From: Podarcis cretensis
Taxonomy: Eukaryota
Direction of reading: 5' to 3'
NCBI GenBank assembly: GCA_951804945.1
Contig: OX638155.1
Location: 71,176,001-71,240,000 of the forward strand
DNA: 64,000 nt
Below are positions 25,073 to 37,772 of this stretch, one piece after another. The position numbers and the translations under genes are program-made. Position 1 is the stretch's first letter. Each line of letters begins with the position of its first letter. Under the pieces are notes generated by a model. It was not told the DNA's origin and ran no database searches. It was given only the letters and a program-made list of their open reading frames with translations.

Positions 25073-25103
25073 CATGGATCGTAGCAACCGTCAGCTGCTA
25101 CCA
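25073..25103 (-). other. Primer-binding site for initiator tRNA-Met
   Basis: Minus strand TGGTAGCAG starts 1 nt after the 5' LTR, complementary to the recalled vertebrate tRNA-iMet 3' end; further match to CGATCCAT. Confidence 0.85.
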
Positions 25104-25104
25104 A

Positions 25105-25597
25105 TGTCATAATTCAGGGCCGGTCAGAGGTATGTGCCTATCTCTCCAGGCACCGGCTGAATTCCTTTGACCTCCCTCCGGCGACTCCCGAAGGAAAAAC
25201 ACACGAGGTCCGTTCCGGCGATTTTCCTCCGGCTGTGAGAAAAACACACCAAACTGCTTCTCCTCCTCCCTGCTCTCCAGCATATCCCCAGGGAGGGGAA
25301 TCAGACACAGACAGAAATGTATCTACATGTTTTATTCCTGTCTTCAGCAGTCATATAGAGAAAACATGTCTGCTCTCATCAACAAACAGAGAGAAACTCC
25401 AAACTCCACCCATGTACATCCTGTACAGGTCATATGACACACACACTGAGCTAACATCCGGTGCTCAGTACAGAATGGACTGCCCCTTTGTTTCCATGGC
25501 AACAGTCACACACATCCTGTTTGGCTTTGCAGCCACAAGCAGCAGACTTGGCTGCTATAGCCTTTGCTTGCTGCTGCATTGCTGCTTTAGAATAACA
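25105..25597 (-). repeat. 5' LTR of the copia element
   Basis: 493 bp, TG...CA, near-identical to 21568-22060. Confidence 0.95.
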
Positions 25598-25829
25598 CTT
25601 TTGTGAACTCATCGTTATTCCTAGGGTCTAGATCTCTGTTAAAAATTGGGGGAAATACATCAGCCACAACAGAGCAGTCAGTTTACCGCAACAATACCAC
25701 CTTTACATCTGTGCTACTGACTCTCAGTTTTTTAAAGCAATGTGGATGAAAGTCTCTGGGAACAGGGGCTCTGAAGATTGTATCATTCATTTCATAGTAG
25801 ATCCACCTCTGTCTGTGCTTCACAACTGC

Positions 25830-26340
25830 ATATGGCTGTCCACAAATAGAACAATTTTGGAAGGAAGTTTTTAATGAGCTATCTCAGATTACAGCTCAGT
25901 CAATCCCAATAACTCCAGCATTAGCCTTACTTAATTTATATACTTCATATATGAACCAATTAAGAAGTAAGGAATTAATAACACAGCAGCTAGAACGGTA
26001 ATAGAACTTGGAAAACTTTGCAACTAATGAATATTGATCACTGGAATAATAGTCTGGTAAACTGCCATAATGGAAAACCTGTGGCAAAAAATTGAAGGTG
26101 GCAAGGAAGAGAGAAAACAAGATAATTGTTGCACTGTAGGGTGTGATTTTACTAAATATACAAATGAAACAACACATGGACGAGAAATACCTACAACATA
26201 TATTGCAATATGGCGCAAATAAGCCGACACTACAGTATTCATTAGGTTCACTCCTAGTGGTTAGTATTTTACCCCCTAGTGACCCATTTTTTTGTTAGTC
26301 GTGTTATTTTATGATTTATGTGTGTGCAGTTTTTTAACAA
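25830..26340 (+). mobile_element. Degenerate L1-clade LINE ORF2 C-terminal/3' fragment
   Basis: Remnant peptide CPQIEQFWKEVFNELSQIT...PALALLN...AARTVI typical of the L1 ORF2 C-terminus. Confidence 0.55.
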
Positions 26341-26949
26341 AAACTAATCATCATCATCATCATCATCATCGTCGTCATAATAATAACAACTGCTTATGGC
26401 CATCTAAAGCATTCGCCACCATCCAGCGCTCAATGAATTCCAGTCCCTTTAGGGTTTGAATTCACTGCAGAGAGGGTTGGCAATTAGCCAAAATCTTGTG
26501 TACTTACAGAATCGTTCCTTTTACATTGCAATGGATTAGCACTAACTAATGTATTTAATTAACCAATTCAGTATTAATTAGACAAGGAGACTTCCCTGGG
26601 TCTGGGAGGAGAATGTGTTCCAGCCTTAGCACCAAACTGTTCAGTATCATGCCTCTACTTTCAACCGACGTGCCGAAGAGATGTCTTGTTAGAGGAAAAA
26701 GAGGAAAAACAGCCAGTCCCGCTTCTGTATTAATATTAAAGGCAGTATCAGTTCAGGCTCTTTGCACAGCCTTCAGCCCACAGCCTGGCGAGGAGGATTC
26801 TAAATTCCCAGGAAATTTGAGGAGAAGAAAGGGATGGGAACAGAGAAGGGGGAAGAAGAAGAAGAAAAACCCTGAAGGGAAAGGAAAGAAGAGGACACGT
26901 AATTCTTATGGAAGAAGGCAACAGGAGGAGAAGAGGCAAGGGAACGTGA

Positions 26950-27520
26950 GGAAGGAGAGAGCAGAAGCTCCGGCCAGGACTGACAGGGGGCCGCCCTGAG
27001 GAGGCGGGCGAAACGGAGGAGGCGGGAAGCGATGGCGCCGCCTCCCGCCGCTCTCCCGCGCCTGGCCGGAGGCTGGGCGAGGAAGGTGGGAGGGCGATGC
27101 TGCTCTGGCCGGGCCGCTGACCGCGGTGCTGGCGCGGAGGGGGACGGAGGAGGAGGAGGAGGAGGAGGAGGCCCCGCAGGATGGGCTGCGGCGGGAGCCG
27201 AGCCGATGCCATCGAGCCGCGCTACTACGAGAGCTGGACGAGGGAGACCGAGTCCACCTGGCTGACCAACACAGACGCCGAGCCCCAGCAGCCGCTTCCC
27301 GCCGCCGCCGCCGCCGGCCCGGAGGGCGGCCACGCCGAGCCTGGCCCGAGGGAACCCGGTGAGTAGAGCTTGGGGCTGTGGTGGCGGGAAACGCGAGCCA
27401 GGCGGCCCGGGCCCTTCCCGCCTCCTCGCTCTCTCCTCCGCCTCGCTTCCTTCTGGGCTCTTCTCCACAGGCAAAGGTTTGGCCCGAGGAAGCCGAGAGG
27501 TGGGCCAGCGAACAGGTGGC
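26950..27520 (+). promoter_or_regulatory. CpG island / promoter and first exon of BAALC
   Basis: Abrupt GC- and CpG-rich block, GC-box-like motifs, (GGA)8 run just before the ATG. Confidence 0.85.
27181..27358 (+). CDS. BAALC: BAALC coding exon 1
   Basis: MGCGGSRADAIEPRYYESWTRETESTWLT is the recognisable BAALC N-terminus (Gly2 myristoylation, Cys3 palmitoylation); donor G|GTGAGT. Confidence 0.96.
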
Positions 27521-27871
27521 GAACACCTCACCTCCCTGTTGGGACATATTTCAGAGAAGTGGCTTTGCATTTCAAGTTCTGTCGTCTGAGCTGCGCTCAT
27601 GGATTTATTCCTGCAGCCCTTGCTCCTCGTTCTGTGCGGTGGCTTGCAATGCAACCCTATTAGGTCCTGCATATTCAGAAGAGAAGTGAAGACGCAGTCA
27701 CGGGTGGGGTTCTTTTTGGACCATTACTGATCTTGCGACTTTTTATTTTTAAGCAGGGAGAAGGGTTAAAACTTTCCCTCCCTGCAATGTAAAGAGAATG
27801 CATGGCAATATGCAGCTCTGCTTAACTTACATCTTCATGTAACTTAACCTTATGCCAGTATCGTGATGCGT

Positions 27872-27903
<32 letters not shown>

Positions 27904-30096
27904 TGGTCCAAGACCTTGTCCGTATTATATAGGATGCTGCTGGTGTGACATTACAGAAAGATCAGGGAGGGACCTTTTGTTGCTGTTATAAGGAAAGGCT
28001 CTTCAACAGTCAGCAAAAGGGAGTTGCTGCTGAAAAGAAACCTGGTACCAGTGCGCAAGGAAGATGGATTGTAGCCTCAGTTCTATAGATCCTGTGCTTT
28101 ACCAGTTTGTGCCATGTAGGATTGTGAGGCTTGTTGTGAACAGGGCTTCACATATTTGGATGATTAGGCTGTCAGAGCAACTTGTCTGATCTGTGAACAT
28201 GCAGATTTAGGGTTGTGCTTTAGTCAAGCTAGCAGTTCGTAGTGTTGAAATCATGACTGAATGTTATATATTTCAATTACATGTTGCACATTTTCAGTTG
28301 CAAACATCACATCTTTGGTCTCTGTCCATTTAAGATGGATGCTGCTGTGCTTGTGCTTACAAGATACAAGACAGTCCTAATGCTTAGCCAGCAGCACCAT
28401 ATCAACTTAGCAACGTAGAAGAACATGAAATACTGTAATTAAAACACACTCGCCACAATGCAGACGGTAGGACTTCTGCACCAGTTATGGCATTGTGCCA
28501 AGTCAACTCTCCTAGCAGCTGCTTACTAAAAGCATCAGCAGGAACGCCTTAGCATCTCTGCAGGGTAGGTAGAACTCTTCTTGACCATAACCAGTAAGAG
28601 CCTCACAAGTGGGGAATAGAAGATTTGCTCTGTTTTCAGAACTAATGCTGCAGATAAGAGGTTTGCAGTATTAAGAGTTCAAATGTTGTTCATTGAAAAC
28701 AGCACCACTCGTTTCCTGTCCGCTAACACCAGGCAACATTTTAAATACGATTCAAAAGAGATAGATGGCTGTCTGAATCATGAAAACATTTGGGTATTTA
28801 AGGGGACTGGCTTGCCCCTCCCTTTTGTCCCATGTTTTGAAAGCACGGATCTGAGAGGCTTGCCACTTGTTCCGAAAGCATGAGTCCGAGCAGCTATGCT
28901 TTTCTCCCCCTGGAAAACACACTCAGTAGCTCTAAATTGGAACAAACGGTAATCCATGGAAAACGTGATTGCTATTTGTTCCAATCCAGTGCTAAATTAT
29001 GGGCTTCTCGGGGGGTGGGGGGAGCAGCTGGTGAAACAGAAGTGTGGATGAACCCTAAGATGTCTTCTTTTTTACATTGGCTTTGGAAAATTGCCACTGA
29101 GATGCTGCTGTGAGATGGTTTGCTGTAGTTTTAAAGAATGTTTTGTTTTATTGCACTGATATATTACTTTATGAAGTTGTTACCCAGGCTAATATATTTG
29201 ATTAAGGGTGGGACTTTTTTTTAAATAATAAATATATGATTAAAAAGAGAGCAAGAGTAAGGTTGGCAGAGTTGCATTAGAGACTGGGATGTGTGCATTA
29301 AAGCCCTGTTGAATTCCTCATCATTTCATTACATAGTATTTAGTGAAATGGGCTAGGTATCCAGGGGATATTTCTGTTATTTATTAATTAACATAGATTT
29401 TGCTATGTATGCTATAATATTTGTCTTTGGAAGTATGTCTTGTTGGTTTCAGAGCAACCCAGCACCAAGCTCTCTGCTCATCATAGGGATGTATACATGT
29501 GTTTTAAAGTAGTTGATTTTTCCCACCCCAGTGAAATCACTGTGGATGTGTACATGATAGCTGGTCAGCCATATGACCAGTTTAGAGGTGTGTGCCTGTA
29601 ATAGATTATGTGGATTTTTAATCACAATCCATCATGAACATCCTGGTGGAATTGCTTACCATGCAGATTTAAAACAGGGGGGAAAGCCCTCAAAGGAGTT
29701 TTGTGAATTGACTCTTTGAAATAACGTGCACTTATGGTCACATTCTGCTTAATTTTGGCATGGTGGCGGAGGGGGAGGGTAATACCCAAATGCTATTGCA
29801 TTCCTCCATAAACTGAGGAAATATCATTTGCTGTTGCTAACTAGGACTAAGCTACAGTTACCTAGGACATCAGTCTTTGGATCTTCCGATGGGTTTACTT
29901 TTATTTTTTGAAATGCAGGTGTAGGGAACAGTCAGTTTGCTTATAGCAGCAGAGCTTCCCCTTATGCCATTTCTTTAACTGAAATCATAGTGCTGCTGCA
30001 AGCAAATCCAGCCCCCACCTACATTTCAGTTATGTGTAACATGTAGTTTGACATTAGCAGAATTCTTCTTTAACCTACCCTCAGAATGAATCCATG

Positions 30097-30230
30097 GGTT
30101 ATAACCAATGCTAGTCCTACTCAGAGCAGCCCACTGAAATTAATGAACCTCAGTTAGTCATATCTATAATCTCCTCTGGGTCTACTCTGAGTAGGACTAG
30201 CACTGAGCAGGACTAGCATTGATTACAACC
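30097..30230. repeat. Palindromic MITE-like repeat (related copy near 1440-1557)
   Basis: Inverted arms AATGCTAGTCCTACTCAGAG / CTCTGAGTAGGACTAGCA with a partial duplication of the right arm. Confidence 0.55.
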
Positions 30231-31352
30231 TCAAAATTTGTTTTCTCAATTTTGCCTTCTGATTTTTGTAGCCTGTGTATGAACCACCTATACATTTTTA
30301 ATATATTTGAGTTTGGTTGTATTTGTTATTGTATTTGAGTAAGCAATGGTTAAGATTTAGCAGAAGTTAACTGCTTGCAAGTCTTATTGTGTAAAGTAGG
30401 AGACAGTTTAACCATTCAGCTGAAATCAAAGGGACATAAACATTTATTTTTCTTATACATTTATATACTGCTTAATTACTTGTATTTCTAAGCAGCGTAC
30501 ATAAAAAAACAATCCACACAAAATGTGACCAAAAAAAATATATTACTGGTATAAAGCCAAACACCTAAATTTGGCTGGATCTTATCCAATATTATAATTC
30601 TCCACTCATTTTTTTTCTTCTATTCGTTTTTTCCTCCTCATATCCCCTTTTTATCTTAATTTTCAAACTGCAGCAGAGGGTGATTTTTTCTACAGTAAAC
30701 TGAAAAGAGCAATAATGGCTATAAACAGAAGTTTGAAATACAGAAACTGTAAGACCTTTCCATTAAGATCATAACAGAATTTAATGTACTCAGTAGTAAG
30801 CAACACACTTAAACCCGCCGTGGAACTTTTTACCTGTACCAAACAATTGGTGAAGAAGAAATATCCAAAAACCGGTGTAGCGATATGTAGTGGTATGAAA
30901 AGGCAAAGCCTTTAAAAGACCAACAACGGTGCTATACTTTTGTGAATGGTCTCAAAAAAAGGGAGGGGAGGACAATTTAGCAGTAGTTCAAGTTGCTCCT
31001 GAAAGCTTCGATTGAAAGAGAAAATGTAGCATGAAATCCTCCTTCCACAGACTATTAAAACTAGAAAAATTATGTATTGCTGTTTTAAAAGCAGTCTTGT
31101 CACTCTGCTTCATTAGCTTCATCTAGAAAAGCAATCAAAGCAAAACTATTGAACTGAAAGGTTTTGCATTATCAGAAGTATTATTGACAGTTGGATTAGT
31201 TTTTCCATAGGCCAGAGATCTGCAATCTCTATAATCACAACCCTTTTAGAGGGAGTTGCTTAGTTGTATAGGATCCATTGCCTTCCCGCCCCCCGAAAAC
31301 ACTCTTAAGGGTATATTTTTCTGTGTTGAAACAACATTTTGTTATGTATTAT

Positions 31353-31982
31353 AGCTCCTCCCGTTGCTCAGTCCCTGCTTCTGCCAACCTAGCAGTTCAA
31401 AAGCATGTCAAAGTGCAAGTAGATAAATAGCGGGTGGCGCTGTGGGTAAAAGCCTCAGCGCCTAGGGCTTGCCGATCGAAAGGTCGGCGGTTCGAATCCC
31501 CGCAGCGGGGTGCGCTCCCGCTGCTCGGTCCCAGCGCCTGCCAACCTAGCAGTTCGAAAGCACCCCCGGGTGCAAGTAGATAAATAGGGACCACTTACCA
31601 GCGGGAAGGTAAACGGCGTTTCCGTGTGCGGCTCTGGCTCGCCAGAGCAGCAATGTCACGCTGGCCACGTGACCCGGAAGTGTCTCCGGACAGCGCTGGC
31701 CCCCGGCCTCTTGAGTGAGATGGGCGCACAACCCCAGAGTCTGTCAAGACTGGCCCGTACGGGCAGGGGTACCTTTACCTTTACCTTTACCTGGCAGGAA
31801 GGTAAATGGTGTTTCCGTGTACTGCTCTGGTTTGCCAGAAGCGGCTTAGTCATGCTAGCCACATGACCTGGAAGCTGTCTGCGGACAAATGCTGGCTCCC
31901 TCGGCCAGTAAAGTGAGATGAGCGCCGCAACCCCAGAGTTGTCCGCGACTGGACCTAACGGTCAGGGGTCTCTTTACCTTTA
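31353..31982 (+). mobile_element. Older 5'-truncated Sauria SINE split by a younger Sauria SINE (inner copy about 31430-31791)
   Basis: Outer halves are collinear with the 6683 copy; inner copy has its own tRNA head and (ACCTTT)n tail and retains many CpGs. Confidence 0.88.
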
Positions 31983-32145
31983 GTACTTCTAATGCTGTTC
32001 CAAGTGCTATGTGGGGAAATATGGTTTTAAAGAGTCACAGATGCATTTTGCATTATGCCCCTTATATTGTAAATAGGCAATGACATTTATGCATGCTCCA
32101 TTTTGGGAAATATTTACTTGCTGATCTTCTGGTTTTAAGTGACGT

Positions 32146-32147
<2 letters not shown>

Positions 32148-32179
<32 letters not shown>
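32148..32179. repeat. (GT)16 microsatellite
   Basis: Direct reading. Confidence 0.95.
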
Positions 32180-32180
<1 letters not shown>

Positions 32181-32324
32181 TTTCAAGGCTGTACAGTTTG
32201 CTTGCTTTGCTACCACAGTACTAGAGTGTTTATCCAGAAGTTTGTCATGCTGTTACTTAAACTTAGGCAGATGTACTACCCCAATCACCTGTCTCTATTA
32301 CCTGTTAAGGAATGTCTACGAGAT

Positions 32325-32549
32325 TATTTATTTCATTTATATTCCATCTTTTTCTCCAAGGAGCTCAAGACTGCATACAACATGTTTCTCCCTCTCCTCA
32401 TTTAATCCCCAAAACAACTCTGCAAAGTAGGTTAGGCTGAGTGGCACTGACTGACCCAAGGTCACCTAGTGAGCTTCATGACCGAGTAGAGATTTGAACC
32501 CTGGTCTCCTAGGTCATAGTCTGATACTCTAATCACTACACCACACTTG
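32325..32549 (-). mobile_element. tRNA-derived SINE (Squam3/MIR-like)
   Basis: Reverse-strand tRNA head (TGTGGTGTAGTGATTAGA, GGGTTCAAATC), MIR-like core and (TAAA)n tail. Confidence 0.65.
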
Positions 32550-35500
32550 CTCCGATTCTTGCTAGTCGAAGCACTTGCCGTTTGAAAAACTAATATATAT
32601 CCACCTACATACATAAGGAATCTAACCCACCACCACCATTGTTTTACTTGACTGCTGTTTTGCCAAAATCCTATAACTGGGTGTCAGCTTCATATTACTA
32701 TATATTTGGAGATGAATGTAGATAACGCCCCCAGTGTAGTACTGTACTTGCAAGTAAACATATCTCTTACATGTACCTTAAGTTAATAAGATGTGCATGG
32801 ATTCATCATGCATGTTAAAGAACCCATTACATTGGATTTGCATTGTGTCCACCACTTGTCCATCGCCATGTATCTTCTTCTTTGAATTTGTTAGTTGCTT
32901 TATCTTGCCAAGGCCAACCCAAAGCAACATACAACCAACCAGATAAAACAACTCCCCGCCCCACATAGATACATGCATGGAGAGCCACCACAGAGCATGA
33001 CTTTGGGTTTTGTGTGTTCCTAGCCTTTTATCCCACTTCTAGCACCAGCTCAAGTGCTATGAGAGGATGCTGAAGATTCTCCTTCCCCACCTTTCCCTGT
33101 TTCCTATGAGTAGTCATATATGAGCTCTATCTCTTGTGAAAAACATTTTCTCATATTATGTAACATTCAGGTAGATTTGTAGGGTTGGGGCAGAACATAG
33201 TCTTCTTGTGAAGCTGATATGCAAGTCTCTGTGACTCAGTCTGTTATGGGCTACAGAAGCCAGAGTTGTTAGCTTAACATCTGCCCAAAACTGACAGCAT
33301 CCCACCATTACTAGGTCATATCATTTGACACTTGTCTTAATACTAATTCACTTGGCCTAGCTCTCTAGACCACATGTGCAAGGACTATCTGCACTGGAGC
33401 ATTCTGTGTTCTTGCTTTTGACTAGATAACACCCTAAATGAAACTGCTAGAATTTTTTCCTTCTTCCCTGCATTGCAGGTAGGCAGGGGACAACCATGGA
33501 CTGAGCATGGACAGAATATCTAGATTGATGGCAGTCTGTATTTTTGCACAACTTCTTTCTCCAAATCTATGATTTGGAGCTACCAAATATGTGTTTGATG
33601 CTTACTGAGAGTAATATATAATATAGTTTATGTGGATGCCACAAGCATGTTACTCTTTTCTACAGTAGTCCCCAAGTGACGCCACTAGTACCGAGCAACT
33701 CTACGCCCACAACTTTTATACCTAGACTCAAAATATAAGGGAACCCCCTTCCCTTCAAACACACACACACATTTCTTCCATCACCAGCTCCCTCATGAAA
33801 GCTTTGAGGGCAGGAAGGTGAGTCCTGGCAAATGGAAGGAGCCATCCTTTAATGACAAACCCAATCTCTCTCTCCCATGAAACTGGCATAAGGTGATATA
33901 TAAAACAAATTAAAAATAACATAAGCATGCACTATGCATCCCAGCTATGCATTTTGCCTTACATCTCCATGTTGCCACACAGCCTACCCATCACAGCTTT
34001 ATTTTAGCATGGCAACAGTGGTGTAGCACAGACTAGTCTATATGTCAAGCTCATGCAGGCGAATGGCTGACCCCATGCAGCATTATTCACTTGAATGCCA
34101 TTCTAAGCAGCTTCCGTGCAACTCACTTGTGTGAAGCCTCAAAACTCCTGCACAGATGAACAAAAAGTATGAAAGGAGCGTGCTGTTACTTCAAGACTAT
34201 TTGTTCTTGAACAGATAAATATGAATGCATACATAATTTTTACATGCTTTTTTTGGTACTTTCCTCCTTTTTTGTTCTTTCCCCTGCAGTTTCTTGGAGT
34301 GCATGCTTCCATAAAGCTTGAATATTGCTTCATTCATATGATTTGACGCTTAAAGAATACTTCATTAGCCCTCTAGATGCTCCTGTGTGGGAGGAGCATC
34401 CTGTGATCTTGCGTTGACTTTTAGCACCAGAAATGGGACTGAACCAATTGTTTTCCTTTCCCTGCATTGCAGATATACAGAGGACAAGCAAGGATCTGCT
34501 TTGATAAAGAGTCTTTCGTCATAAACATTTTTTAGGAGGTCTCCAAAAAGGATCACAGACTTTCCATGCAGTCTTCTTGCTCTAGTTATTTGCATGTAGG
34601 TGGTGATGTGCACCCTTACAAATGCTATTTAGTTGGTAATATAGCACTTGCAAGAATAGTGATGTTGAAATTAACTTGAGACAGCCCTTTAATATTCCGT
34701 TTTATGGAGGACTTGGGTATGTCTGTGCTGTGCACGCCCCCCACTTACTCCCACTGACAACTACTGACAAATTTGATATGTTCCGTCAGGGTATCAATGC
34801 TTAAAGGGATACATGTAAAATATTTAGGCTGCATGTCGAATCTAACTGGAGTTCGCTCTGGATGCAGTATGTGTACAAAATAGAAATATTGATGCAATGC
34901 CTGGTCTCATGTGAGTTAAGACTTCATTGATTATGAAACACAGTATCACTTCCAAATACCAAGCAGTGTTCCTTACCATTCCCGAGTTTACAGCATAGAC
35001 TTAAGCAGCACTCTGCTTTGGGCAGAAAACCGAAAAATTTTCTTGTTTCAGAGGGAGTCGCATAAAGAGGTTGGCTGAATATATTGAGCCAATTGTGCCG
35101 TTATCTCCTGTCTGCTTTTGCAGCTGCTCTCAGTCACCTGACACAAAGTAACAATGCCTTCAATTTTTCGTGAAGCATATATGTAACCAAGAATCGTGCA
35201 AACAAAAACCACCCCCAGTGATTATACGTATTTCCTTTTATCGACAGCTTTTGCTTCAAGCCCCGCATACAGAACCAAACAAAGCTATGATTAACTGATA
35301 AGAGCATGTGAAAGGTTCATTATGTGGCAGATAGACACATATAACTGAAGCAGCTGGCCCCAAAGTTCACATATATTTCATATCAGTGGTAGCATTGGTA
35401 ATCATAAGGCTTGGTACTTGGCCAGAAAACCTTGAGACATGTGCAAAATGTTCTATAGGTGGTATTGATTGATTGATTGATTGAATTTACACTCTTCTGC

Positions 35501-36555
35501 CTTTCCTCCCCAAGGAGCTCAGGGAAGCAAACTGGCCATCAGCCTCTTGCTGATGCAGGACATATGCTGCCACAGCATCCCTGATACAGAATCATAGAGC
35601 TGGAAGACACATCAAATATTGGCTTGATCAGGAGTGGAAAACCTTCTTGGCCCAGATGGCCAGATCTTTCTCTCTCCCAAACCCTGTGGGCCAACTTGGG
35701 TGAGACATGAGCAAGGCCACTGACCTGTCAATCTGACATCACAATTACTTTAGATGAGAGGTGGGCAGTTGACCCATAGGGGTGAGGGGAGGAGTCTGAT
35801 TTGCCAGTGCATTCCCCATAGGACTTCAAAGGCACCATGGTGCCCACAAAGGCCATGTTGGCAACCCCTTCTTTACCCAAACCATCAAGACTTACCACAG
35901 AAACTTTCAGATGGCTCTGCTTGCTTTCTTTGACAGGTTGCACACAGTCATGTTGTTTCACTGAGAAATGCTATATTATGATTGAAGGGCCCTGGTATAT
36001 TTTATCTTTTGGAGAGAAAAAAACAGCTGGGTGAAGAGCTAGAGCAAACAGATGGGGAGGAAAACCGGCCTTTCCCCCCTGCCAATTCCCCAGTGCCCAC
36101 AGCTGTTTCACCTGATAAAAAAGCAGGGGGAGGAAATTATGGAACTGCACATAATTTCTGCCCTCAGGATGGCGAGAACGATTTTATAGCAAAAGTTCAC
36201 AGAAATAGAAGAGAGGCAGTATGGGATGTTCTGAGCCATACAACGTATTTTTCCACACCAGTATGGTTGCACAAAAGCAGGAAGTCAAACAGGACATAAA
36301 CTATTAGCCATGGTATTCAACAGATTACTATTTATATTTAAAAAGGAATAGAGCAGGAGAAGGAAAAAATCAGTGTTCTATTTTTGTTTTCAAAGACATG
36401 TCTGCTTTGCTTATGTCTCTCTGAATAATAATTCAGGACCTCGTGCTCCTAACTTCTTATCAGTTTCTAATTTGTTGGAGGGGGATAGGAATGTGCAAAT
36501 GTAAAACACCAGTAAATGTTTTGACTTAACAAAATGCGATTTTGTGTGTTCTTAG

Positions 36556-36728
36556 GAATTCTGGAGGATAGCAAATCAACTCAGACTTGTACTGGAAAGT
36601 CCTCAGCTGCAAGTGGAATAGGTAGTACTGAAAAGAGAGCTCACTGTGGTACACAATGTACAAAACTGACAGTTCATCCCACTGGAACTTCAGCACACAA
36701 ACAACAAAATGGCTTTAGAACCACAGAG
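36556..36728 (+). CDS. BAALC: BAALC coding exon 2
   Basis: TAG|GA...GAG|GTAGGT; GILEDSKSTQ...EKRAHCGTQC...KQQNGFRTTE, phase-compatible with exon 1. Confidence 0.93.
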
Positions 36729-37772
36729 GTAGGTGCAGAACTACATTTCGAGTGACTCCCTGTACACACTGGTATCCTCTTGAAGCTGGGCTAATCCTGT
36801 TTCTCCTCAGCTAAAGGCCTGTCACAGGGCTATTAAGCCTGTGTCCTTTATACCGAAGTCGTACCTTCTAAACTAGTGTTTCTTTTTTAAAGTCACAATG
36901 AATACATTTCTCATATTGCAAGGCTCATGACAAAGCAGTAACTAATGGGAATAATGGCATGTGCTGAACCTGTTTTAATTAAGGACATAAAGAAGAATCA
37001 ACTGAATATATTAATACTGCTTTACTGTTATTTTGAAGACTAGTCATGAGCTGCTTAAGTAAATGTTACAAGTAGTGCAACATATCTCCTATTGCCCACT
37101 GGATGTTCCTGTCGCATCTCTGAGCCTGCCAAGCACCCATAAAATCCAGCGGAGTGTCTGTGAAGAAAAACTGGTGATTAATCCAATTGAACGTAGTCTA
37201 GATCTCATGTTAGGACCTACTTTGTGGTAGCAAAGTATTGGAGGATGATACAGTCTCAAGATTAGCCCAGGAGCTGGAAGTTTCCCACCCCGCTTTACAT
37301 TTATACTTCCTTTGAACTTCACTAGTCATTTTTTGTCCATTTGGGGACAATGTAATGTTCATGTAGGTCTTTATTATCCTGAACACAACTTGGTGTCATC
37401 TACAAACTAGTCCATGTTCCTCCTCATCCCTGACTTCAGATCCTTTATAAACAAGTTAAATAACACCAGTTAAACAGAGATCACTTGTGAGTGGTAGGGA
37501 GGACGTTCTTTGTGATAACTTTCCAATTACTTTACTTCCTATTTGCTGAGTAAAAATGCCACTGTATCAACAATTTGACTGGCGATTACTACAAGATTAC
37601 TACAAGATCAGGATAGAGATATTGCTAAGTTTTGCTTGTTGTTTTGATTGGAATATTTTGATAATTTTTATTTTACTCTTGTCTTTTCTCCTTATTTAGG
37701 AAGTTTACTTCTATGAAACATCTTCTAAGCATCTTGCATTAAACTAATTTACTGTACACTCTTTTTAAACAG

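Larger units (their letters stand above)
21568..25597 (-). mobile_element. Ty1/copia LTR retrotransposon, non-autonomous (no RT/RNase H), 4,030 bp
   Basis: Two 493-bp TG...CA LTRs, 5-bp TSD CTTTT (21563-21567 / 25598-25602), PBS, PPT, and copia domain order Gag-PR-IN. Confidence 0.95.

Noticed and set aside
26748-27689. Several long overlapping ORFs (up to 290 aa, both strands) across BAALC exon 1
   Set aside because: Low-complexity Pro/Gly/Arg translations expected from stop-codon depletion in a CpG island; no recognisable domains.
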